A stretch of DNA of 13,469 nucleotides from positions 1 through 13,469 of the forward strand of contig JAYZQJ010000246.1 of NCBI GenBank assembly GCA_036149055.1, given 5' to 3'. The notes beneath the pieces were generated by a model that worked only from the letters and a program-made list of their open reading frames with translations, was not told the DNA's origin and did no database searches. Positions within the stretch are counted from its first letter, which is position 1. Each line of letters begins with the position of its first letter. Shown here piece by piece: positions 1-12,827 of this stretch. The position numbers were made by a program, and so were the translations under genes. The DNA is from Myxococcota bacterium. GTDB taxonomy: Bacteria; Myxococcota_A; Polyangia; Polyangiales; Sandaracinaceae.

Positions 1-2
1 CT

Positions 3-287
3 CTCACCTCGCCGCGCTCGGTGCGCAACGCGATCGCGTACACGCTGGGGAACGCCAAGCGTCACGGCCTGATGCCGCGGGCGCGCACCTGGGTGGACCC
101 GCTGAGCAGCGGCTTCTTCTTCGACGGTTGGTCCCGTGCCATCCGCACCACGCTCTCGATGCTCCCGTCCCGCGACTCTCCCGCGGAGCCGCCGCGGACC
201 TGGCTGCTCTCGATCGGGTGGCGCCGGGCCGGAGGCGCGATCGATCCCGGCAAGCGTCCCGGCCCCGCGGAGCGCCGCGCCGCCTGA
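3..287 (+). CDS. Y1/HUH transposase, REP-associated tyrosine transposase (RAYT)-like, C-terminal part (5'-truncated by window edge)
   Basis: The frame is open from base 3: LTSPRSVRNAIAYTLGNAKRHG...VDPLSSGFFFDGW...PPRTWLLSIGWRR. YxxxNxxxxG matches the catalytic-Tyr helix of Y1 transposases, and the DP.SS..FDGW / TWLL..GWRR tail resembles myxobacterial RAYT-like proteins. The HUH motif would lie upstream of the window. Confidence 0.75.
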   Translation, partial: LTSPRSVRNAIAYTLGNAKRHGLMPRARTWVDPLSSGFFFDGWSRAIRTTLSMLPSRDSPAEPPRTWLLSIGWRRAGGAIDPGKRPGPAERRAA

Positions 288-840
288 GCGGCTCGGCGGA
301 CCGGCCGACGCTCACACGGAGAGGCGCGACCCGGCTCCCGCACCTCCTCCCCTCCGCGCGTCGCCGAGGTCCAGGAACATCTCGACGCCGAACCAGCTCT
401 CCCCGCTCGGGGCCCGGCCGCGGCGCGTGGTTCGCTCGTCGCGCGCGCCGGTTCGGGGAACCCCGTGGCTGGCTGCGCGACGTCGACGGCCGCCGAGAAG
501 CTCTCGGTCTCCGTCGCGACCCGAGCCTCCGGGGCGTCGGGTCGGAGCGCCCTCCCATCTCGTCGACCGCCGCCTCCGCTCCCGGCCGCCGCCTCGAGTC
601 GAGAGGGGGGGCCGATGCTCAGGCGACGTCGAGCGTGGACCGGGCCGGCCGAAGGCCTCCCGGCCCGGCGGAGCCGAGCTCGCCATCGGCGCGAAGGAGT
701 CGCGGACGCGAGCTCGACCTCGGCGCCGTCTCCGGCGGCGCGCGGTGGGGATCGGTGACGCGGTGCCGGCGTGGCCCTCGGCCTCACTCTCGAGGCCCGT
801 CGCCGCATCGCCGAGGCCGCCGGCGTCGCCGCCCGACGAC

Positions 841-1048
841 GGCATCTCTGCCCAATCATCCGCGGAGCGTGAGCTCCAAGCGCGGATCTCTGCCGAATCG
901 AGCGAGGCGCGCGGCGCGCTGGCCCGGGTCCTCGGTCCCGATGGGACGGCGCCCCTGGGCTCGCAGCCGCTTCCGCGCAACGACCAGGGCCGCGGATGAT
1001 TCGGCAGAGATGCCCGGCGGAGGCCTCTCGATTCGGCAGAGATGCGCG
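841..1048. repeat. Cluster of four inverted repeats (core ATCTCTGCCGAATC), REP/REPIN-like
   Basis: The core occurs at 844-857 (1 mismatch) and 886-899 on +, and at 998-1011 and 1030-1043 on -. 841-865 matches the reverse complement of 990-1014 at 24/25. 886-902 is the exact reverse complement of 1027-1043. Confidence 0.8.
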
Positions 1049-1050
1049 AA

Positions 1051-1082
1051 GAGGCCGCGAGGAACGAGCTCCTCGCGGCCTC
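1051..1082 (-). terminator. GC-rich hairpin, probable terminator or mRNA 3' stabiliser of the activator/dehydratase operon
   Basis: Perfect 13-bp stem GAGGCCGCGAGGA (1051-1063) / TCCTCGCGGCCTC (1070-1082) with a 6-nt loop, 5 nt past the stop at 1088. Only TT follows on the minus strand, so the U-tract is weak. Confidence 0.6.
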
Positions 1083-1087
1083 GGGGC

Positions 1088-2977
<1,890 letters not shown>

Positions 2978-3003
2978 GGCACGTTCTCCGGGTTGGGTGG
3001 CGC

Positions 3004-6609
<3,606 letters not shown>

Positions 6610-6640
6610 GCTTCCCCTCCGGTGCCTCGAGAGCTCGGGG

Positions 6641-6663
6641 CTGTCACTGACGTCAGTGTCAGT
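6641..6663. promoter_or_regulatory. Palindromic operator-like site upstream of the activator operon
   Basis: Perfect 14-bp palindrome CACTGACGTCAGTG (6645-6658), extendable to 22 bp (6641-6662) with one mismatched pair. It overlaps a second dyad, ACTGAC-N6-GTCAGT (6646-6663). It lies 32-54 bp upstream of the GTG, with TTGACC on the minus strand at 6688-6683. Confidence 0.55.
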
Positions 6664-6746
6664 ACATCCCCGGACGGCCGGGGGTCAATGGCTCATCGTC
6701 GAGACGCGGCGGTGACCGGGGCGGTCCGGGGCAGAACGCCCCGTCG

Positions 6747-7475
6747 TCAGTCGACGCCGCGGATCGAGGTCAGCAGGGCGTCCACCACGGCGCGATCGAG
6801 CCCCAGCGGTCCGGACACGCTGATCTGCAGGTTCACGCCGTCCCGGATGACGAAGTACGTCAGCGCCTCGACCGGCGTCGGCCCGTCCGTGGTGTCGAGC
6901 TGGTAGCTCACGTGACAGAGGCCTCCCTCGAGGGGGCCGACCGCGGCGGGCTCGTTGGCGACCAGCCTCACGTCCTGGAGTCGTTGCTGGAGGGCGGCCG
7001 TGGTCATCTCGCAGAGGCGCTCCACCGTCACCGGCCCGGGCAGCTCACGGAGCATGATCTGCACCGTGGGGATGGGGACGCCTCCGGGGGCCCCGACCGG
7101 GTCACGCTCCATCGCCGCCACCTGGAGGCTTCGACGCCAGCCGGTGTGCTCGACGTCGGCGGCCAGCTCGGCGCTTCCCCCGCGGAGGTGCGCGCGTCGG
7201 CTGCGCGACAGGGTCTCGGCGTCCACCCGATGCCAGCCGCTCGGGAGGCGGAGCGCGAGCTTCATCGGCGTGCCGATCACGACCCAGTCGGATGAGGCCG
7301 AGCTCGCGATCGTCGTCTCGCGCGGGGCCTCGAGCGGGGGCGTGCGCCTGCCGGCCGGCGTCTCGGGCCTCTCGGCCTCTCCGCTCGTCGCGGCTGGCGG
7401 AGGCGCGCTGCCGCAGCCCACGGCGAGCGAGGCGGCGAGGAACACGGCCCCGGCGCTGTACATCGAGGACGACAT
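6747..7475 (-). CDS. Hypothetical lipoprotein (possibly PsbP/DcrB-like fold); start more likely ATG 7475 or 7463 than 7532
   Basis: Hydrophobic segment AVFLAASLAVG followed by Cys (lipobox-like LAVG-C), then a Pro/Ala-rich tether. Continues with LRLPSGW and beta-rich C-terminal segments, with GC3-biased codons. Confidence 0.7.
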   Translation of the reverse strand: MSSSMYSAGAVFLAASLAVGCGSAPPPAATSGEAERPETPAGRRTPPLEAPRETTIASSASSDWVVIGTPMKLALRLPSGWHRVDAETLSRSRRAHLRGGSAELAADVEHTGWRRSLQVAAMERDPVGAPGGVPIPTVQIMLRELPGPVTVERLCEMTTAALQQRLQDVRLVANEPAAVGPLEGGLCHVSYQLDTTDGPTPVEALTYFVIRDGVNLQISVSGPLGLDRAVVDALLTSIRGVD

Positions 7476-7576
7476 CGACCGAGCAGAGCATGCCTCGCTG
7501 TCAGCGTCCAGCGGGGCCGCGATCCGCGACACCGCCGTAACGGACCGCTCGCGTCGGGTCCCGCAGGCTCGAAGGC

Positions 7577-8569
7577 ATGAGAGCCATCATCGTCGCCATC
7601 GCGCTGGTCGCGCTCCCCGCCTCGGCCCTGGCCCAGCAGTTCGAGGAGGTGGACGGGTACGTCGTCATGGAGATGGAGTCGGTGCCGATCCCCTCGGGGC
7701 ACGAGTGGGAGCGCCGGACCGACATCCCGGCGGCCAGCGGCTCGCACTACATCTTCACCGGCAACGGGATCTGCAACGGCCCGGCCGGCAGCCCGCTCCG
7801 CTACACCTTCCGGGTTCACACCGGGGGGACCTATCGGCTGCACCTCCGGGCGGCCCGGACGCATCACTGCGTGACCGGGGCGCCGCAGGCCAACGGTCGC
7901 TGCAGCGAGCACGACCGCACCTGCACGAGCCTCTCCATCCCCGACGGAGACCGCTGCCCGGCGAGCGACCAGTGCGTGCGCACCGACATCTCGAACGACG
8001 CCTTCGTGCACGTGGAGGAGGCGGGCGGCGGCTACGTGCCCTTCGTCGGTCAGCCCGGCGGCAGCGTGGGGGATCCGATCAAGCTCTTCGGCGGCGGCAA
8101 CCAGGCGTGGTCGTGGACCGGGGCCCGCGCGCTCGACATCCACGGCAAGCACGACGCGGACTGGGTGCTCGAGCCCGGCGACTACACCCTGGTGATCCAG
8201 GGCCGCTCGCAGCTGTTCCGGATCGACCGGCTGATGTTCTACGACACGGCCCGCGGCAGCCGGGGCGGCGGGGAGGACCTCGCCGAGACGCGCTTCACGC
8301 CCCCGCCGCCGCCGGAGGACGCCGGCCCGCCGCCGGTGGAGGACGCGGGCCCGCCGCCGGCGGTGGACGCGGGGACGTCGCCGGAGCCCGACGCGGGGCC
8401 CGCGGCGACCGTGGACGCCTCGACCCCGACCCCGACCCCGGTGGACGCCGGGCCCGACGGCGGCGGGCGGCCGGCCGCGCTGAGCGGAGGCTGCGCGGCG
8501 AGCCCCGGGGCGCCCGCGCCGCTCCTCGCGCTGCTCTCGCTGCTGCCACTGCTCCGGAGGCGCCGATGA
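7577..8569 (+). CDS. Secreted surface protein with a beta-sandwich-like domain, Pro/DAG linker and MYXO-CTERM-type sorting signal, 330 aa
   Basis: Sec signal MRAIIVAIALVALPASALA-Q. Motifs FEEVDGYVVMEME, GTYRLHLRA, SNDAFVHV and GDYTLVIQGRSQLFRIDRLMF suggest a galactose-binding-like jelly-roll. The C-terminus is SGGCAASPGAPAPLLALLSLLPLLRRRR (Cys, hydrophobic stretch, Arg tail). Confidence 0.85.
   Translation: MRAIIVAIALVALPASALAQQFEEVDGYVVMEMESVPIPSGHEWERRTDIPAASGSHYIFTGNGICNGPAGSPLRYTFRVHTGGTYRLHLRAARTHHCVTGAPQANGRCSEHDRTCTSLSIPDGDRCPASDQCVRTDISNDAFVHVEEAGGGYVPFVGQPGGSVGDPIKLFGGGNQAWSWTGARALDIHGKHDADWVLEPGDYTLVIQGRSQLFRIDRLMFYDTARGSRGGGEDLAETRFTPPPPPEDAGPPPVEDAGPPPAVDAGTSPEPDAGPAATVDASTPTPTPVDAGPDGGGRPAALSGGCAASPGAPAPLLALLSLLPLLRRRR
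8300..8464 (+). repeat. Intragenic Pro-rich DAG-repeat linker
   Basis: Encodes PPPPPEDAGPPPVEDAGPPPAVDAGTSPEPDAGPAATVDASTPTPTPVDAGPDGG, with near-tandem DNA copies of GAGGACGCSGGCCCGCCGCCG. Confidence 0.7.
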
Positions 8570-10173
8570 GGGCCCTGCTCGCGCTCCTGCTCCTCACCGG
8601 GTGCGTCGGTCGGGTGGCCGACGATCAGCCCCTGCGCCCCGGCGAGCGCACCCGCGAGATCGAGGTGCTGCCCTTCGAGCCGGTGTCGCCGCTGGCCCGG
8701 CGGCTCACCCGGGAGGAGGTGCTCCACACCCTCGAGGACTCGCTCGGCGTGACCGCGCCCGCGGCCGAGGCGGACGCGATCCCGGACGACCTTCCGGTCG
8801 GGGGCTTCGTGAACACCGGGCAGGGGCAGGCGACGCTGCCCGACCACGTGCGGGCGTACAGCCGGCTGGCGACCGCGGTCACGGCGGAGATGGACCTCGC
8901 CGCCTTCGTCGACGCGCACGCCGGCTGCCGTGACCCCGGCTGCGAGGCGACCTTCGTGGCGTCGGCCGGCGCCCAGCTCTTCCGGCGGCCGCTCGACGCG
9001 CGAGAGCAGCAGGACTTCGAGGCGCTCTTCGCCGCGGTGGCCGCCGAGGAGGCCAGCTTCGACGAGGCGGCCGGCGCGGTGCTCGAGGCGATGCTCCAGT
9101 CGCCGCAGTTCCTCTACCTCTACCTCGACGAGACGGCCGAGGAGCGGGTGGTGCGCGGGCACGCGATGGCGAGCCGGCTCTCGTACTTCCTCTGGCTGTC
9201 GGCCCCCGACGAGGCGCTGCGGCGCGCCGCCGAGGCGGGGGAGCTCGACTCGGCCGAGGGCGTGGCGGCGCAGGCGGAGCGCATGCTCGACGACCCGCGG
9301 GCGCGCCGGAGCACCGCGCGCTTCATCTACGACTGGGCGCGCCTCGCGACCCTGCCCAACGGGGACGGGCTCAAGCCGGAGCTCGTCGAGGCGACGGTGG
9401 CCTTCTACCAGGACCACGTGTGGGAGCGCGGCGAGCCGCTCCTGTCGATCCTCACCTCGCAGTCGGCCGCGCTGACCCCGGCGCTCGCCGAGCGCTGGCA
9501 CCTCGAGTCGCTCGGAGACGGGGTGCGCTTCTACGACACGAGCGAGCTCGAGGGGCGAGGCGGGCTCCTGACCCAGCCGGGCATCGTCGCCGGCATGACC
9601 AACGCCGACGGCGGCGAGATCGTGGCCCGCGGGCTGTTCCTGCTCGACCAGATGTTCTGCCGCGACGCGCCGAGCCCGCCGGCCGACCTGCAGACGATCA
9701 TCGACGGCTTCCTGGAGGAGCTGCCGGAGGACGCGTCCGACCGGCTGATCGCCGAGACCCGGCTCGAGCGCGGCGACTGCGCGACCTGCCACGCCACCTT
9801 CGACCCGCTCGCCTACGGCTTCGAGCAGCTCGACTACCGCGGCGGCTTCCGCACCGAGGACGACCACGGCAACGTGATGCGCACCGACGGCTGGATCCCG
9901 GGGCAGTACACGGTCAGCGGCTTCAACGAGCCCTACGCCGACCTCGACGAGTACACCGCCGCGCTCGCGCGGAACCCCGAGGTGCAGATGTGCTTCGCGC
10001 AGCGCCACGTGGAGCACGCGATGGGCACCCAGCTCGGCGACCGGCAGCGGGCGGCCGCCCGGGACCTCGCGGTCGAGCTGGTGGCCGGCGGCGGCGACTA
10101 CCGCGCGCTGGTGCTCGCCATCGTCAGGCACGACGTCTTTCGAACCTACGCCGCCCCGGAGGAGGCCCGATGA
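8566..10173 (+). CDS. DUF1592/DUF1588-family (DUF1587-1595-1592-1588-1585 type) lipoprotein with one CxxCH heme-c motif, 535 aa
   Basis: True start is ATG 8566 (ATGA overlap with the previous stop, GGAGG upstream). Lipobox LLTG-C. Family motifs RRLTREE, FRRPL, LQSPQFLY, ASRLSYFLW.SAPD, RGGLLTQ, CATCH..FDPLAYGFEQLD..G.FRT and CFA. Confidence 0.88.
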   Translation: MRALLALLLLTGCVGRVADDQPLRPGERTREIEVLPFEPVSPLARRLTREEVLHTLEDSLGVTAPAAEADAIPDDLPVGGFVNTGQGQATLPDHVRAYSRLATAVTAEMDLAAFVDAHAGCRDPGCEATFVASAGAQLFRRPLDAREQQDFEALFAAVAAEEASFDEAAGAVLEAMLQSPQFLYLYLDETAEERVVRGHAMASRLSYFLWLSAPDEALRRAAEAGELDSAEGVAAQAERMLDDPRARRSTARFIYDWARLATLPNGDGLKPELVEATVAFYQDHVWERGEPLLSILTSQSAALTPALAERWHLESLGDGVRFYDTSELEGRGGLLTQPGIVAGMTNADGGEIVARGLFLLDQMFCRDAPSPPADLQTIIDGFLEELPEDASDRLIAETRLERGDCATCHATFDPLAYGFEQLDYRGGFRTEDDHGNVMRTDGWIPGQYTVSGFNEPYADLDEYTAALARNPEVQMCFAQRHVEHAMGTQLGDRQRAAARDLAVELVAGGGDYRALVLAIVRHDVFRTYAAPEEAR

Positions 10174-11567
10174 AGCGAACGACCCGACGCACGATCCTGC
10201 GCGGCGCCGGCACGGTGGCCATCGCGCTGCCGTTCCTCGAGGAGCTCACGCTCGGCCGGGCCTTCAGCGACTCGCCGCCGCCGAACCGCCTCGTCACGCT
10301 CTTCTTCGGCCTCGGGCTGGACCCGGACTGGCAGCGCGGCTGGGACGGCCCGCTCGAGCCGCTGCGACCCTTCGCGTCCAAGATGGCGACCTTCAGCGTC
10401 GAGAACGCGAAGGGGGCGGGCGGCGCGCACTGCGAGACCAGCGCCTCGGTCTTCGTCGGCGAGCGGCCGCGCGACGTGAACGTGGCCGGCGGGCCCTCGC
10501 TCGATCAGCACGTGCGCCGGGAGCTCGATCCGGCCGGGGCCACGCTCGCGTCGGGCCTCTGGTGGCGGCGCGGAGCGTGCGCGGCGCAGGCGCTCCGGGT
10601 CTACGGGCCGGACGGCTCGGCGCGCCCGCCGATCAAGCGGCCGAGCGAGGTCTTCGACCAGGTCTTCGGCAGCGCGGCCCCGCCGACCGACCCGACGAGC
10701 CCTCCGGATCCCGCGCGCGACCGCGAGCGCCGCGTCCGCCGCAGCATCCTGGACACGGTGATGGGCCAGTACCGGCATCTGCGCGGGGACGCCTCGCCGC
10801 TCGGGCACCGCTCCAAGCTGAAGATGGAGCAGCACCTCTCGTCCATCCGCGAGATCGAGACCCAGCTCGCGCCGGCGGAGGCGGTGATCGATCGCGGCGA
10901 CGGCGCCACGGCCTGCAGCTTCCCCGAGCGCCCGCGCGACCCGGAGCTGCGCTTCGGCGGCCGCACGTGGGACTACGACGAGTTCACCTACGGCACCGGG
11001 GACGGCGCCCCGCAGCTCCGGTGGGAGGACGCGCAGGCGGTCTTCCGGCTGCACGCCGATCTCTGGGCGATGGCGCTCCGCTGCGACCTCGTGCGCTTCG
11101 GCAACCTCATGTTCGAGTCGGCCGGCGGGCACATGAACCTCGAGGGCACCTACAGCGCGCTCGGCGACAGCACGACCTTCCCGGGCAGCTCGCAGCACGA
11201 CGCCTACTTCCACGGCAACGACCGCCGGAACGCGCGCCTCTACCAGCACTGGGCGATGACGAACCTCGCCTACTTCCTCGCGCGCCTCGACGACGCCGAC
11301 GCGCTCGAGGACGACGGACGCACCGTGCTCGACAACACCACGGTGGTCATCGGCACCGAGTACGGCTGGAACCACGATCACCGCGAGGCGTTCCACGCGG
11401 TGGTCGGCGGGGTCGACCGCTTCCGGAGCGGCAGCCACGTGGACCTCGACCTCCACGCCGCCGATCTCTACAACGGGGTGCTGGCCGGCTACGGGCTCGA
11501 CGCCGACATCGGGCGCGCGAGCGGCATCGAGAGCCGCGGCGACGTCCGCTCGGTGTTGCTGCGCTGA
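10170..11567 (+). CDS. DUF1552-family protein with Tat-like signal, 465 aa
   Basis: True start is ATG 10170 (ATGA overlap, GGAGG upstream). N-terminus TRRTILRGAGTVAIALPFLE. Motifs GPSLDQ, RRSILDTV, KMEQHLSSIREIE, ALRCDLVR and GRTVLDNTTVVIGTE. Canonical position downstream of a DUF1592 gene. Confidence 0.88.
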   Translation: MKRTTRRTILRGAGTVAIALPFLEELTLGRAFSDSPPPNRLVTLFFGLGLDPDWQRGWDGPLEPLRPFASKMATFSVENAKGAGGAHCETSASVFVGERPRDVNVAGGPSLDQHVRRELDPAGATLASGLWWRRGACAAQALRVYGPDGSARPPIKRPSEVFDQVFGSAAPPTDPTSPPDPARDRERRVRRSILDTVMGQYRHLRGDASPLGHRSKLKMEQHLSSIREIETQLAPAEAVIDRGDGATACSFPERPRDPELRFGGRTWDYDEFTYGTGDGAPQLRWEDAQAVFRLHADLWAMALRCDLVRFGNLMFESAGGHMNLEGTYSALGDSTTFPGSSQHDAYFHGNDRRNARLYQHWAMTNLAYFLARLDDADALEDDGRTVLDNTTVVIGTEYGWNHDHREAFHAVVGGVDRFRSGSHVDLDLHAADLYNGVLAGYGLDADIGRASGIESRGDVRSVLLR

Positions 11568-12827
11568 TCACCAGCGCCAGAGGCGGCGCTCGCCGTCGGG
11601 CGTCTCCGTCCCCGCCGCCTCCGGTGCTGGGCGCCGTCGGCGCGCGCGGCGGCGGGAGGAACGCGGGGGACGGGCCCGCGGCGTCGCCTCTTCGGCGGGC
11701 TCGGCCTCCGGGCGCGCGGCGGGCGCGGTCACGATGGGCTCGAGCTTGACGGTGACGTCCGCCTTCCGGGCGCGGGCGCCGTCGGGAGGGGGCGCCTCGG
11801 GCCAGAAGAGCAGGGCCGCGGCGCCGAGCGCGACCGCGACGGCGGCGACGATCGAGGGCCAGCGTCGGCGGGCCGGCCGGGGCTCGGTCTCCGGCGCGGC
11901 GTCTTCGAGCAGGCGCCACGACGCGGCCATGCGGGCCCGCCACTCGGCGAGCGCGTCCGGGAACGTGGTGGCCATCCAGTCCGAGAGATCGAGCGGGCCC
12001 TCGTCCAGCACCCGCTCGTGGGTCGCGCGCCGGAGCGCGGTGATCACGGCGTCGGCGTCCGCCGGTCGCTCGTCGGGCTGCTTCGCGAGGAGCGCGCTCA
12101 CCAGGGTGGACACGTCGTCTCCCGTCTCCGGCCGGCCCGCGCGGAGATCGGGGGGCGGCTCGGCGAGGATGCGCCGGGCCGCGATCCGGGCGTCCGCGTC
12201 GCCGTAGAGGCGCTCGCCGGTGAGGCACTCGAAGGCGAGCACGCCGAGCGAGAAGAGATCGGTGCGGGTGTCGACCGCCTCGAAGCGCAGCTGCTCGGGC
12301 GACATGTAGCCGACCGTGCCGCGGAGGAGCTCTCGCGACCGCTCGTCCTGCACGGCGCGCGCGAGCCCGAAGTCGATGAGCCGCACCGTCCCGTCGAAGC
12401 CGACCAGCACGTTGCCGGGGCTGACGTCCCGGTGGGCGAGGTCGTGGGCGTGGGCGGCGCGCAGCGCCTCGGCGACGCCGGTGAGGATCCGGAGCGCGAG
12501 CTGGGGCGGCAGCTCCGCGCTCGACACCTCGCGGAGCGAGAGCCCGTGCACCAGCTCCATCACGATGAAGGGGCCCATCGCGTCGTGGCCGACGTCGAGC
12601 ACGCTGACCACCTTGGGGTGACGTAGCTCCGCCGCGAGCGAGGCCTCGTCCACGAAGCGCCGGAGCGCCTCCGGGTCGCCGCGGAGCGCGGGGTGCAGCC
12701 GCTTCACCGCGAAGGCGCGCCGGAACCCGCCCTGATCGCGCAGCGCGAGCTCCACGCTGCCCATGCCGCCCCGCGCCAGCTCGCGCACGACGTGCAGCGT
12801 GCCCCCGGCCCAGCGCAGCTCACGCAC
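11568..12827 (-). CDS. Hanks-type Ser/Thr protein kinase with one C-terminal transmembrane helix, 419 aa
   Basis: Motifs LARGGMGSV, AVKRL, HRDVSPGNVLV, DFGLAR, GTVGYMSPEQ, DLFSLG and ERP. TM segment WPSIVAAVAVALGAAALLFWP is followed by a short low-complexity tail. The GTG start overlaps the upstream gene's stop by 8 bp. Confidence 0.93.
   Translation of the reverse strand: MRELRWAGGTLHVVRELARGGMGSVELALRDQGGFRRAFAVKRLHPALRGDPEALRRFVDEASLAAELRHPKVVSVLDVGHDAMGPFIVMELVHGLSLREVSSAELPPQLALRILTGVAEALRAAHAHDLAHRDVSPGNVLVGFDGTVRLIDFGLARAVQDERSRELLRGTVGYMSPEQLRFEAVDTRTDLFSLGVLAFECLTGERLYGDADARIAARRILAEPPPDLRAGRPETGDDVSTLVSALLAKQPDERPADADAVITALRRATHERVLDEGPLDLSDWMATTFPDALAEWRARMAASWRLLEDAAPETEPRPARRRWPSIVAAVAVALGAAALLFWPEAPPPDGARARKADVTVKLEPIVTAPAARPEAEPAEEATPRARPPRSSRRRARRRRPAPEAAGTETPDGERRLWRW

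Noticed and set aside
4..999. Arg/Pro/Ala-rich ORFs 4..558, 62..859, 136..999, 312..980 and 465..758
   Set aside because: Their composition is that of translated GC-rich non-coding DNA, with no motifs or consistent codon bias.
841..1048. Possible mini-CRISPR array
   Set aside because: The copies are in both orientations with a short 14-bp core and irregular spacing, and there are no cas genes in the window.
6717..6743. Small hairpin CGGGGC-agaac-GCCCCG after the lipoprotein stop
   Set aside because: A 6-7 bp all-GC stem with no U-tract is expected by chance here, so it is not called as a terminator.
6955..8565. N-terminal 537 codons of the 1072-aa ORF 6955..10173
   Set aside because: Overlaps two better-supported genes. 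The real start is ATG 8566, which has an RBS and a lipoprotein signal.
9420..10169. N-terminal extension of the 715-aa ORF 9420..11567
   Set aside because: Off-frame overlap with the DUF1592 gene. The real start is ATG 10170, which has an RBS and a Tat-like signal.
8239..11456. Minus-strand ORFs 8239..10131 and 10146..11456
   Set aside because: Antisense shadows of the DUF1592 and DUF1552 genes.
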